Source: Cystobasidiomycetes sp. EMM_F5
Lineage: Eukaryota
Assembly (NCBI GenBank): GCA_051047955.1
Contig: JBPGPT010000002.1
Location: 310,001 to 374,000 of the forward strand
Length of the DNA stretch: 64,000 nucleotides
Reading direction: 5' to 3'
Shown: positions 35,071-49,242 of the stretch, piece after piece
Layout: each line of letters starts with the position of its first letter
How positions within the stretch are numbered: the stretch's first letter is position 1
Notes under the pieces: model-generated
Seen by the model: the letters and a program-made list of their open reading frames with translations, nothing else
Told to the model about the DNA's origin: nothing
The model's database searches: none
Program-made: the position numbers and the translations under genes

Positions 35071-36282
35071 CTAATCCCACCCATGCTCGATATGCATCTC
35101 CTTGTCGTTTCTGACAGTCGCATGACGAGATGGGAGTTCGAGTACAACCTCGGATGTCCTGCCAGCAGAGATTGGTCCAGTCTGACGTGTGCTGCTGGAA
35201 GTGCTGCCTGCTTCTCGTAAGTTGAGAACGATGCGTGTAACCGTGATTGAGGTCATTGCCGTCGCGAGCGGGGCGACCATGGCTCCGTTAGATGTTGCCG
35301 ACGCAGTTAGGAAGTACACCTGGGGAGAGCGTGTAAGCAGAATACAGAATACGCAATCCATATATGGTTGACTGCTTACCATGTTTGCAATCTGCACGGC
35401 GGTATTGAGGGCAAAAAAATTCACTTGGTCGCGGATGATGACTTTGATGAAATGCGAACGACTGTCCCGCCAGAGTGAAATTGATTTGTAGGCAACGAGA
35501 CCCAAGAAGATGAAGTCAACTGCCGTAATGCTGACGAAATATGCCCAGTAGGTCCCTCCGCGTGGAGTATTACTGTAATGGTGCTCAGCAAAGATGCATG
35601 CAGACGACTGGTGCTTTGCTCGCACGGTAGGCAGGCTGCTACAGCCGGCGGAAGAGTCACGCTTCTAGGAGAAGCCTGGAGCGGCGACCATACCAAGGCC
35701 ACTAATTGAAGGGCGACTAGCCCACTTTCGAGAGAATAATTGAGCTTGAGCCGTTTTGTTTTTTGTGACATCAGCGGACTCACATGCATGCCAATAGCAC
35801 CAGCTTATTTCGCTCCCATACTGCATATATTCGTGCAACCATAATAACATTGGAAGCTTCCGTCAAAGGTATGGGTGCTTCACCCATCTACCGTACGGCG
35901 ATTAATAAGACATTGACGAACCTCCCAAACGCTAACTGACCCAAGTGACCATTCTTTCGCAGGATTCTGGCCCATGGGGCTGTAGCAGAGGGTTCAATCG
36001 AACATGCATCTGAGAAAAGCGTCTGACACCTACCCAATACATCAGATAAATGGTGACGCCGAGCGAGACTATGGTCCAGTATCGTGCGATCGCGTATGCC
36101 ACCGTGATTGGTGAAAACTTGTATCGCCACACATGTCGGTATTCCCTGTCAAGCTGGCTGAGGGTGTCCCAAACGAGCACCGCTACCACCGCACTTGCGA
36201 AAGTACGAGTTGCATTAAGAACCGAGTTGAAGGCATCCAGCATAGCTTGTGCAGCTGCGTCACCCTGTACAGGGTAAGCCAT
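35071..36282 (-). CDS. DUF6533-like 7-TM membrane protein, paralog B
   Basis: MAYPVQG...VLVWDTLSQLDREYRHVWRYKFSPITVAYAIARYW...ESCER...IMVARIYAVWE...AACLP...VDFIFLGLVAYK...IIRDQVNFF...TRIVLNLRE. Five GT-AG introns keep frame. Confidence 0.85.
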
Positions 36283-37067
36283 GTCCGGTATCGTGCAAAG
36301 GGAGTAGATAGATGGCGAGGAAACTGTGACAGGGATGACTGAAGCCACCTCGCAATCATTTCGGTAGAAGCTCATACCATGAAGCCATATGTGCCGAGGC
36401 AAGGAGTGTAGCGGAAGTCACCCGTGAGCATTCCGCAGCCTTATCGTCATCATGCACTGAGCGTCCGACGACTTGCTCCGTGAAATACAGTCCCGGCTTG
36501 ACCTGTCTTTCATGTGCCGTAAAGCATACAACAGGCTTTGGCAACGGCTGTTTGTGTCAGAGCGAGCGAAAACGGAGTGTGGACTTGGCGGAGAATCAGG
36601 CACACAAGTGAACCTGGCAAAACCGTTGAGGTGAACAAGGAGTCAGCAGTCGACGACACTCAGCTCCAGCTACTATCGCAGGCAGTACTCTTTGGTATCA
36701 GCAAAGACTCGGGTAGTAGGGCTGAGGAGAACGTTCCAAAACGCGCTTTTGAAGGCCTATACGAGCATCGTCTACGTACTCAATGATGACATGTGCCAAG
36801 AGTGTGCTGTGGCATCCCATTCCGTTCCTTCAGAATGTACATATGATGACCGTCACGGGCCCGACTTGAGTACCTTCGTTCAGACCCAAAGTCGACCGTA
36901 TGGAAACGATTTGTACGTTGAAAATACAATGCCTGCCCACAGGAAACTTCGTATAGCAATGTCGGACTACTCGTCCAAAGTTCAAGCGTCTGTCCGGGTT
37001 TTGAAAGGACGAAATTTGCGGGTGTATCCCATGGCCAAGAGTTGGAGTCGGAGTAGATATACATCGC

Positions 37068-38285
37068 TCACATAGCCTGGTCCCAATCATGATCGATGTG
37101 CATCTCCTTACCCGCTTGGACGGTGGCATTACAAGGTGGGATTTCAAGCGCGACCTCGGAAGTCTTGACAGCAGAAGTTGGTCCTGTACGCCTAGTGCTG
37201 CTGGGAGTGCTGCCTGCTTCCCGTAAGTTCAGAACGATACGCGTGGCAGTGATGGAAGTCATTGCTGTAGCGAGTGGCGCAATCATGGCTCCATTTGAGT
37301 TCGCTGACGCAGTCAGGAAATACGTCTGAAGACCGCAACTGTGAGCACAGTCAGGTCGATCATGATGATACTTTGCGATACTCACCATGTTGGCAATTTG
37401 AACGCCAGAATTGAGAGCGAAGAAAGCCACTTGGTCACGAATGATGACTTTCAAAAAGTGCGAACGCCCCCCTCGCCATAAAGAAACAGATTTATAGGTG
37501 ACCAGACAGAAGAATACGAAATCGATTGCCGCAATACTGGCGAAGTATGCCCAATATTTTGATCCACGAGGGGCATTCCTGTAAATGGACTCAACATTGT
37601 ATGCGCGAATACCATGGGATATTGCTTCACATGAGACAGGCAGCTACGCCCGGGGGCACAGCTATACTTCTAGGATCAGATCGAAGCGGAGACCAGATCA
37701 GCGCGACCAGCTGCAAGACGACCAGGCCACTTTCATGCGCGTCTTCAGTCAGTGCTGTACACACTTTCATTGTCGTTCACACTGACATGCACGGAATGAG
37801 TACCCATATATTGCGCTCCCACACCGCATATATCCGCGCAATCATTATATAGTTTGAAGCTTGCGTCATTGGGATAGGTGCTTCACCCATCTAGATTCGA
37901 GAAATGAACGACTTGTATGACGTTGGTAAATCGTGAGAGCTTACCCAAACTACAATCCTTTCGCAAGACTCGGCACTATGAGGCTGTCACGGACAGATTC
38001 AACGACGGGTAAGCCATGCATGTAACGACACCTCACCCAATACATTAGGTAAAGAGTCACGGTGAGTGCTACTAGAATCCAGTATCGTGCGATGGCATAA
38101 GCCAGGGTGATGGGCGAGAATTTGTAGTTCCACACATTCCGATATTCCCGAGGTAGGTTGGTGAGAGTATCCCATACGAGGACCGCTACAACCGCGACCG
38201 CAAAGTTGCGGGTCGAGTTGAGATGCGATAAGAACGTGTCCCGCATTGCTTGCGTTGCACTGTCATATTGAACAGCATGTGACAT
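37068..38285 (-). CDS. DUF6533-like 7-TM membrane protein, paralog C
   Basis: Colinear with paralog B (VLVWDTLTNLPREYRNVWNYKFSPITLAYAIARYW; ESCER; RIYAVWE; AACL; IIRDQVAFF; TRIVLNLRE) and with the same intron positions. Confidence 0.85.
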
Positions 38286-38962
38286 GTCAACTTGAGAGGA
38301 AGGAGGAAAGTGGTGACAGCAGACAGAAGAATGCGAGGCTGCAGAAAGTCCACGACGCCCATCCAGCAGTGGCCCGCCTAATTCGCTTGAGCGGCCAAGA
38401 TCCTTTCGGCAGGTTGCCGAAGATAATCTGTCAGTATCTGGGAGTGAGAGTGTCTTGTAGTGCACCCTAATCGGATGGGCACCTAGTTTCAACCGCCTGC
38501 AGCAGGATCATAGACGTTGGGCGTGAGATCGTTCGCAAAGGCAAAGCCTGCCTTCGCAATGCCAAAATCCAGCGCAATTGGCTATGAATCAGGCACACAA
38601 CGTCAGTCTCATGTTGCACGATATTCAGGTGTCATCCGTATAGCAGGGATGTCGTCGAAACTAGAATGGAGTGCATCAGTCAAATCAGTAAGTGACACCA
38701 AGGCTGGTCAGCTCGTCTGCCTCTGCCAGTGCTCGTACCGTATTTGTTTCAACAACATATCAAGATGTTTACTATGCTAGTCCGCTTCGCAGGTGCCTTA
38801 AAGCTGTTCCGGCCTGCTCATTTGAATGAAATGTGAACTTATCTGAAAATGTACGTCGTGCTGTTTACTGACTTCCAAAGTACCAAGATTGGCTTGCAGC
38901 AAGTGTCCATGTGAGAGACGCAGTTCGAAAATGATGTGTTGTACAGATGGTGCTCTTCGCGG

Positions 38963-41557
38963 CTAACGAGTCTTGAGCAGTCTCGCCACGCGACTACCTG
39001 GAGGCCGGACATTATTGTTTCCAATACCACCCGTCGCATCCATCATGCTAGAAGCACCTTCATGAGCTGCGGCATCGTTTAATGCCGTTGCCCCAAGCAT
39101 GAATGCTACAGAGTCGACCGTGTCCTCCTCGAGTAGTTCCCGCGGTGGAGGCGAGCGGGATGATTTGGGCGGTGCGGACTGAGATGGTGGAATTGTACGG
39201 ACATGTCGAGGTGTCACTGGTTCCTGACGCGGGTAGCCTGGCTGGCCAGCTTGCGAATCAGGATGAGGCATGCCATAGCTAGAGCTGGCCGGGGCAGATG
39301 GCCTTCGCTGACTCGGGTCAAAGCCTTGGGGAGAGGACGAATGTGTTCGTGGCGGGACAGGGAAGGCCATACGTCCATCATTTGCAAATTGTTGTCCATT
39401 ACCGCCCGGTTGAGGTAAGGGTGATCTGGATCTAAGGGCATTCAAAGAACCCATTGGAGCGGACTGTAGTGGCGGGGCCACGTTCGAACCATTCTGAAGA
39501 TTTATACGAGGCGGAGGAAGAGTCTGCTGCCGTTGTCCGTTGGGATAGTAGGATTGTTGGTCGTTTGGCCCTGGACGTGGAGGAAGGCCACTTCCCTGTG
39601 CCATTTGCTGAGGCACCTGGCCCGGTCCATGCTGCTGCTGCGGTGGACCGCGACCTGGCGGCCCAGCCTGCATGTGGTACTGCAAATTTGGCAATGGTCG
39701 GCTCGGGGGAGGGGCCGAACTTCCTGGCACCATTGGAGGTGACATCTGGTCTGGCGACAAGGCGAACTGAGGTCTACTTGCGTTATTGGACAACAAGCGT
39801 GGTCGTTCGCCGTTAGGAGGTCCGTGATGCCCATTCTGCATCGGTATAGGACCGCCGTGTTGAGCTTGGGGCAGCGGTCCACGACTGCCAGGTGTGGGAT
39901 AAGGCATTTGGCCAGCGGGGTTTGATGGCAAGCCCATCAATTGCTGAGGGGCTGAACCGCCTGGCATTGCCTGAGGATGAGGCCTGCTTTGTCCTGCATA
40001 CTGCGACAAACCCGCAGGAAGGGATCCCGCTCTGCTCGGTTGCTGGTTTGGCTGTTGTGAATTGGGATAGGGCTGAGATGGACCAGGTTGAGGCAGTGAA
40101 CGACTTGAAGCAAAAGGATCTATTGGACGCTGCTGACTCTGCATATTTGGTGACCGCGATGGCGGCATGGCAGCCTGTTGTTGCTGAGAAGGATGAGGCG
40201 GCATTTGAGACATGGGATGTTGCCCGTGCGACCGCTGCATCTGCTGTTGTTGCATCTGTTGCTGGGAAGGCGGCTGTTGTGATTGCATTCGCTGTTGATC
40301 CTGATTTTGCGGTATAGGCTGAGGTGGAAACGGCATGGCGTTGGGAGGTCGAGAATTTGGAATGATTGGGGGACTTTGTAATGGCGGCGGGACTGTTCCC
40401 GGACGATGTCCCGTAGGATGAAGCTGCAACTTTGGCAAACTCGCAGCGGGTGGGGTCGCCCTATTCGACGGTCCCTTTGCCGCACCGGGCATGACTCCAA
40501 TACGTATTCCCGCCTTCTCTGCCGCTTTCACAATCTCATCATCCAGGACGTGCAGCGCAGCACAGATCACTGCCCATTCGACCATATCCTCGTTTCCCTC
40601 GCCGAGCGTCTTCCATACTGCCTTCTCTTCGTCCGTTTTGCCAGTAATTGTCACTCGCGTTCCTCCTCCGGTGATAGGCTTCCCATCTGGTCCAATGTTT
40701 TTTGCAATATGACCGAATTGTATCCTTCGCGGCGGTATTAAATCTGTTGGGAATACTCAACCGTCAACGGACTGCATAGAGACCTTGACAACGCCATAGC
40801 TTACGACCAGCATAAGCGTAGTAGGCACACGTCCAGAACGGGCTTTGAGGATTGGTCTTCGATATTTGAAAGAGTGGCTGCTCTTCGCCTATCCCGGCGG
40901 CATCGTCACTTGGCAGCGTGCATTTATACGTAGGTCTGTTGATGGGAATCAGGCAGCTATCCACGCAAGATGCACCACGCGTTCGTAACACACTCACGTC
41001 AGTACACCGGAATTGGTTATTGACCACCTGAAATTCCTAGAGGCTTCGCATTTGACTGTTCTCGCGCCTTGCGAGTTTGATTGAGACGATGATGAGGCAT
41101 GACCACCTTCTGAGGCGCTCTTTCCACCATTGAGTCTTGATGAAGCACCACCTCCGACAGTCGTAGGAGGGGGAAACAGCTTTGCGACGCATAAATCCCC
41201 TTGTGGCGACGGGGTCAACAGGTAATTCTCGCGGTTGTAGTTTGTATGCTGTAAGGAGCGACGCAATTCAGCGCTCTCAACGCACTAGATGTATATATTG
41301 TGCATACCAAATACGTATACAGAATCTGCTGAGGCTTGCCATGCGGAGTGACAATCTGAGAGCGAAACGAGCAAACAATGGGCATCAGCACGAACGACCA
41401 AACAGACCCATCGCAAGCCACAGCAACTCACCAGCGTTGGTAGATGGTCTGGTACTGGAGGATGATCTGGCGAGGTAAAGATTGTATAGACGGCTGCGCA
41501 GAAACGTGGGAATTTGCAAAGGTCAGCCTCCTAAACTGAGCATACTGTAACGGTCAT
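38963..41557 (-). CDS. Hypothetical protein with a globular N-terminal domain and a long Pro/Gln-rich tail; both ends approximate
   Basis: A 563-aa open exon (TGKTDEEKAVWKTLGEGNEDMVEWAVICAALHVLDDEI, then P/Q-rich). Upstream exons include PTYKCTLP...PLFQISKTNPQSPFWTCAYYAYAG. Putative start ATG ACC GTT ACA|gtatgc. Confidence 0.75.
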
Positions 41558-42575
41558 TCGAGGCAGTGTAAACGGGAGTAACCACCGTCCCGCCAGCACT
41601 GCAACAGAGACTCGAGTGCAAGCATGGCCTCACCTGACATTGTAGAGTCGTGCAGCAGCCCAGCCGACAGCTCTGCAGTGACCGTCCTGCGAATGCGCCT
41701 CTACGACCCAACGTCGCTGGCAGACTGGGCGGGACACTGCCAGGCCGAGCGGTCGACGGGGACTCAGCAGCTGTGTGCAGGGTGTGTCCTTGTTTCCGAG
41801 TCTTCAGATCTTTCACCTTGTCGTCTGTCTGTTCGTTGGCAGAGTCTGCAAGTTGGCTTTTGTAATTGAGCCACGATCGAGGTCCGCTTTCTTGCGGGTG
41901 CGCGTCAAAGTAAACGAGGCTTGGCCATGGATAAACACGAGCGGCAGTGATTATTGCGGCAGCATACTCTTCACACAAAACAACAATGGTAGACTATCAC
42001 ACATTATGCCTCACTTGCCCCGGTCACTCTGAGCTGAAGATCTGGCGTGCGACGACGTCCGAGGTCGCCAGTGACCGCTCGAGTGCACCGCTAAACTGAG
42101 CTGAGGCATGGCGGAGTCGTCATACGGAATGGCCATAAGTTAATTGCGCAGGATGGCTGTGCAGATATTTAGGAGATGTGCTCTGACGATGACGGTGCTT
42201 GATGTGCAGTGTTCAAACATCATGGCCAGCGCTGTTGACAACGCGAACAACAAACAACCGGACGTGCTGACTTGCAGAAACTGGTCGTCGGCGAGACCTG
42301 CATCATGGTCAATCTCACTCATACGAATTGCAGCGTTGACATACACACTGCAAGCTTGCACGGCTGCCTTTGCCTGTTCGGTGCTCTGGACATGTCCGTA
42401 TGTGTCCGCACGCGCGCTCCAAACACGGTCACGTGAGTTGCGAATCGCCGGCGATGTCGTTCGCCGAACTCCGTCAAAACCACTTGAGAGACTCGCTTTC
42501 TGTTTCGCTCTGCTCAGACTCGCTTTTCGCGTATCGCTAATCACTGACCTGTCATTTCTGAGCTAGTCAGTCAGA

Positions 42576-44903
42576 ATGAGTCGCGTACTGTCTCGTCAGG
42601 AAGTCTCGCAACACGATCGACCAGAAGACGGATGGCTGACCGTCAATGGCAAGGTATACGATGTGTCCAAGTTCTACGAACTCCATCCTGGCGGAGGCAA
42701 CGTCCTCGCACCGTATCTCGGAGGAAAGGAAGATGCGACAGAAATCTTTTTTGGTCTGCACCGGTCTTCCGTTTTAACGAAATACGAAAGACTAGTTATT
42801 GGAACAGTAAAGGACGAGAAACCTTCACACATCCTACCTGTCAAAGGCGAACTCAGCAAGGTACCATTTGCAGAACCGCCCTGGCTCACAAAAGGATATA
42901 CTTCGCCGTACTTTGACGACTCACATAAGAGGCTGCAAGCTGAGGTCCGAATGTTCTTTGACACACACGTCGCCGAGGAAGCGCAAGCACATGAGTTGAC
43001 TCATAAGCGGCCATCAGTATCGCTCGTGCAGAAGATGGGAGAAGATGGGATAAATATAAATGCTATGCGACTCGGACCCGGTAAACATCTGTATGGTCGA
43101 AGATTGCCTGGAGGTGTCAAGCCAGAGGAGTTTACCTATTTCCATGAGCTCGTGGTTGTGCAAGAGCTGAGCAGATTGGGTAAGTACCGCATACCTGATT
43201 GATCAGGACGTTTGGTCTCCGGCTGAAGACTCTGTACTTCCAAGCGGCACCAGGGTATATGGGAGGCTTACAAGCGGGGATGTCAGTCATGGTGGCAGCA
43301 GCCATCTCACCTTAGCTGATAAATTCTGGTCGTGGTTGCGCAGGGTCATTGGAGCGCCTCCTCTCCTCAACGACGCTTTCATTTCGGACGAAGTGCGGCA
43401 GGACGTCTTGCCTGATATACTGGACGGGAAGAAGTTCATATCGCTTGCCATCTCGGAGGCTTTTGCCGGTAGTGATGTCCGTGGCATGCGAACGACCGCT
43501 GAAAAACAAGCGGATGGAAGCTATATAGTCACGGGTCAGAAGCGATGGATCACAGGAGGTGTGCAGATCAAACTTTCTGTGCTCCACACGAGCGACTTTG
43601 ATTGACTCATCTCTGCTGCAGGAATGTATGCCAACTGGTTCATGACGGGAGTCCGGACATCGAAGGACGGCTTGACAATGATGCTCATACCCAAGACGGA
43701 GGACGGTGAGTCCTCGTCATGTTCCTCACACCTCTGTCGCCAGCTGATCGATCAAGGAAGTCGACCTGAAGATCATCAAAACAAGCTACTCTTCCGCTGC
43801 TGGCACAGCTCTGGTTACTTTTGATAAAGTACGAGTGCCAGCCAAGTACGTCATGGGGAAAGAGAACGAAGGCTTGAAGGTCATTCTCGCCAACTTCATA
43901 CACGTCAGTCTGTGGTTTTGTTTCATATGCATACAAGCTGGCCTCTGAGCGTATTTGCAACATACAGGAGAGATGGGTAATCTGCGCGAGGATGGCTAGG
44001 TATAGTCGCTTCATATACGAAGAATGTATCAAGGTAAGCTTATGAAGCGTTCTGTGCGTATTAGGCTCGCTGACAGCACTTCACATTGCAGTGGGCGTCG
44101 CTGCGGAAAGCATTTGGGAAGCCCTTGACCGAGCAGCCTGTTATTCGAGCAAAGCTGGGCGCAATGTATTCCAAGGTAGAAGCAGGTCAGGCCTGGCTGG
44201 AACGTGAGCAGTGTCACTATAGTGAAGAATGTGAATGATCAGGCTGATGGGATCGTTGCATCGTAGAAATCACGTAGGATCTGCCTGCCACCCGTCTCAA
44301 GCCGCGTTTGTCCTGAAGTTCCTGACATGCGCAGCTACCAAATGTGTCATATGGATTACAAGAAGCAAGCAGAATTCCTGGCAGGTCCGGTAGCGTGAGT
44401 ATATGATGTTTTAAAAGATCATGTCATCCACCATGTGACACATCACTCACGTACAGTGCGCTGAAGTGGTTCCTCTCGCGAGCGGCTACGGAAATTGCCG
44501 ATGACGCTACGCAAAGTAAGAACCTTCCGCCTGGATGTTACGGTTAAGGCTGAGGGCTTTTGGGCAGTGTTTGGCGGACGCGGCATCACGATGGGCGGTA
44601 TGGGTATCTTTATCGAGCAGTTCAATCGTACTTTCAAATTCGATTCGGTGAGTCCCTTTTATCTTCACCATTAATGTATGTCACTCTGATGCTTGCTTGT
44701 GCAGGTATTGGGCGGGTCTGAAGAGTGGGTGGAAAGAGTAGCTTGCCGTGTCCGAGGATATTGCTGATAGCGCGAGCGCCCTTGCACAGAGTTCTCCTGG
44801 ATCTTGCGGCGCGACAAGCTATCAAAAAGATGCCTAGAGCCGGTATGTCGTTCTTGAGCTTTGAGCGCGCTTCGCTGACATGGGTCAGCTTACAGCATTG
44901 TGA
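42576..44903 (+). CDS. Acyl-CoA dehydrogenase with an N-terminal cytochrome b5-like domain; about 13 introns
   Basis: b5 motif VYDVSKFYELHPGG...DATEIFFGLH. ACAD motifs ISLAISEAFAGSDV, GQKRWITGGM, IKTSYSSAAGTA, NFIHERW, RKAFGKPL, QMFGGRGIT, LGGSEEVL. Confidence 0.95.
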
Positions 44904-45084
44904 AGGCAGCGTTTACGGGAGTCGAATAGCATTGTGTCGGGCAGAGCAGAGCTGTCGAGAATGCTTTGATCATTTTCAATGTATTTGTATGCTGCAATGC
45001 GCTCAAGTCGTTTCCTCATTCCCACTGTACCTCGAGACGATACATGTTTTCTGCTTCCTGTAGCCTGCATTCTGCTAGCCCATT

Positions 45085-47604
45085 ATGGCCCACGCACTCG
45101 GCATGTCGCAGCTTCCTCGCGAATTGCTGGCCATAGTCGCAGCAAGAAGAACTTGGCCTGCATTGTGTCCCCGGTCTTTGCGGCACATCGATGCTGCAGC
45201 TCTGCTACAGAACCCGCGCTTCCACTCCGACGCTGCATACAGGATAGACGGACTCCGCAGAGCAGACTTGCCGCAACCTGGTTATACTTATCCAAATTTG
45301 GTCGGCAACGCACAACCCGAGAGTTTTCTAGAGGACGAAGACAAGGCCCTTCCGGACAGAGATGCAGTGTCACGCGCACAAGCCGTCGCTGCAGCAGCAT
45401 CACCTGCGCCGAATCCCGTCGCAACGGATAACTTGGAGCTCTATCCTGCCATGATCAGCAAGATACAGGACAAACGCGATGTAGAGCGGACTCTGTCCAG
45501 ACTTGAGGAATTGTGGCCATTGGGGACTACAGCACCCAACGATGTTTATCCCGCTATCGTCGCGACACAGCGTTTGCAAAGCCTTCTTCTCAGACAATAT
45601 CCTGCAGAGCTAGACCTCATAATCCGCTTCGCCCTGGCAGCCTCGAAGAAAGGCTTTGCGCCGAGATTGAGAGGCTCGCTCGTTGCGCACATTGCTCGAT
45701 TCGCGTCCGATAGGCTCGCAGATACCTGGCATACGTACATCGATAACATGCTCCTGGATTCGGCGACCTGGGAGGCAGAGCAGTGGGCTCTAGCGTACAG
45801 GCAATTCTGTCTGCAAGCCAACGTAGTGATACGTGCACTATGCTTGGCGGGGCAATACATCCTAACGATAGACATACTTGCGCTCACTCGGCGATTTGCT
45901 CAACGCTTTACTGGCGCTAATCTGCAGGACAATCCGCCAGTAATTCAAATGTTTACCTACAAGCTAGTTTATGAAGAGTTCTCTCGGCACGAGACAGCTC
46001 CCGAGATGCTGCAAGCTCTTATAAACATGATCCGTCAAGACGCGTATACCGCTTTTGCAGGTCGCTTGCCGGAAGTCACTGAGCGGAGCGATGCGAGCAT
46101 GGATACAGCGAAAGGCAGCTCCTCATCAGCGAATGTGGAAGATACGACACTTGATAAGGTTGGCGACACTACTACTCTATCCATCGATGCACTAAAGTCA
46201 GGGTTACAAGAAGCACTATCGGCAAGAGATGTCCAGTCTGCTCATGTTCACTTCATTGCACTTATTGATCACATGTATGCACCGACGTCGGTGGAACTGG
46301 AAAGCTTCAAAAGCCTGTGTGCAGCCCACGACACTGCAGATCTTCTAACCGATCTGAGCAGTCGCCTTGCTGAACCCCTCTCTGTTCGCTTTGCCCGCTG
46401 GCTCGAGCAGCACGAACAACGAGGCCAGCTGCCTTCTGCTGAGTTGCTGCGCAAATTCATGGAGATCTGTCTCCATGAGCGAAAGCTGAGTCTGCTGAAA
46501 GTTGCGGATGTTCGGTCAAAGCAGGACGGCTATAGAGAAATATCTCTGTGGTGTACCTCGAGGATGCACAGATTGGTTCAGATGCGCCGCCTTGATGCAG
46601 CGCAACAAGCCCTACGAATATTCGGGACCCACTTTGCCATGATTGGCGTTCCTCGGCAACTCATCGACTATTGTTCTTCGCTACGGTCACTCGGTATCGG
46701 GAAGCCTCATCCGGATGAATCTGCTATGGTGGCGTCGGCGTCGGCGTCAGATCCTGTCTCTGCGGAAATCCGCAAGATTGCACAAGAAGCCGAACTGGAG
46801 CAGGATCAAGCTGAGAGAGTGAAGAAAATATGGCCCAACACTCACGTCATTACGGTTGCCCTGCGGGCACTGTTTCAGTGCAATTCCAATGTCGATTTCG
46901 TCGCAGCTGCATACAATTCTTTTCTGCAAGTCACGTATAACGACGGTGTCTGCGTCTTACCTCGTCCAATGCTGCCTGATCCAGTTACTTACACGGCCTT
47001 CATGGAACCTTTGCGGATCAGGGGACAGAGTGCGACGATTCTGCGCATCTTCCAAGACATGCAGCGGTACGGCGTGCCGCCTACCCTGATCCTGTGGAAC
47101 CAATTGGTCGGCCTGTTTGCGCGCGAGGGCAATAAAGCAATGGTGGACAGCGTCCTCGACCGCATGGAGAGTACCGCCGCACACCCGCAAATTGCAGATG
47201 GACAAAGTACGCTCATACCGGTCTCTGCTCTGGCAGCTAGCTCAGATTCAGGAATTGTTGCGGAGACTGCAGTTAATTCAGCGACGCCAAGGATAGAAGA
47301 CTTCGCGCTTCCCCCTCCCGACATCATCACGTATACAATCATCATGCGCGGCTTCTGTCTTGCAAAAGTATCACACCACGCGTTTACAATCTACCTGCGC
47401 TTGTTGCAAGCGAAAACCCCCGATGGAAATCCTCTATACGTGGCTGGTGCAGACGAGAAAGCAGACAAGAGCCTCGACATTCTAAGGAGTTGCGGCTTTG
47501 ACTTCACCGGTCCGGCAGATGACGTGAAGCGTCTAGATTCGCGCCCCCAATATGGGGCACTAAGTTCCATTTCCGAGGAGATTGAGGTAGCATTGGCAGA
47601 ATAG
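45085..47604 (+). CDS. Pentatricopeptide-repeat protein (839 aa, intronless), probably mitochondrial
   Basis: PPR-type repeats PDPVTYTAFMEPL...IFQDMQRYGVPPTLILWNQLVGLFAREGN...VLDRM and PDIITYTIIMRGFC. Confidence 0.85.
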   Translation: MAHALGMSQLPRELLAIVAARRTWPALCPRSLRHIDAAALLQNPRFHSDAAYRIDGLRRADLPQPGYTYPNLVGNAQPESFLEDEDKALPDRDAVSRAQAVAAAASPAPNPVATDNLELYPAMISKIQDKRDVERTLSRLEELWPLGTTAPNDVYPAIVATQRLQSLLLRQYPAELDLIIRFALAASKKGFAPRLRGSLVAHIARFASDRLADTWHTYIDNMLLDSATWEAEQWALAYRQFCLQANVVIRALCLAGQYILTIDILALTRRFAQRFTGANLQDNPPVIQMFTYKLVYEEFSRHETAPEMLQALINMIRQDAYTAFAGRLPEVTERSDASMDTAKGSSSSANVEDTTLDKVGDTTTLSIDALKSGLQEALSARDVQSAHVHFIALIDHMYAPTSVELESFKSLCAAHDTADLLTDLSSRLAEPLSVRFARWLEQHEQRGQLPSAELLRKFMEICLHERKLSLLKVADVRSKQDGYREISLWCTSRMHRLVQMRRLDAAQQALRIFGTHFAMIGVPRQLIDYCSSLRSLGIGKPHPDESAMVASASASDPVSAEIRKIAQEAELEQDQAERVKKIWPNTHVITVALRALFQCNSNVDFVAAAYNSFLQVTYNDGVCVLPRPMLPDPVTYTAFMEPLRIRGQSATILRIFQDMQRYGVPPTLILWNQLVGLFAREGNKAMVDSVLDRMESTAAHPQIADGQSTLIPVSALAASSDSGIVAETAVNSATPRIEDFALPPPDIITYTIIMRGFCLAKVSHHAFTIYLRLLQAKTPDGNPLYVAGADEKADKSLDILRSCGFDFTGPADDVKRLDSRPQYGALSSISEEIEVALAE

Positions 47605-47771
47605 GCCGTCGTATCCCTGTTGTTGTGCTAGTCCAGCCTCACCCGTGCCGTCTCTTCGCTGTCTTTGATCAATATTTGGCAGCTCGGTTGTGCCGTTCAA
47701 AGGCCATTGGATCCATCTCCAATTCCTCAAAAATTCGACAACGAGTGCAGACTTCCGCAAGCAACCAAACC

Positions 47772-49138
<1,367 letters not shown>

Positions 49139-49242
49139 GAGAGTCTATCGCTAGCCGGGGCGGCTTGGCAACCTAGCGCGAATGTGACAGGCAAAGCAAT
49201 GATTGTCAACATAGATTAATCGCCTGCCGTGACTCGAAACAT

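Noticed and set aside
42140..42566. Overlapping 134-aa and 140-aa ORFs on opposite strands upstream of the ACAD gene
   Set aside because: No recognisable motifs, and trial splicing gave early stops; more likely promoter DNA.
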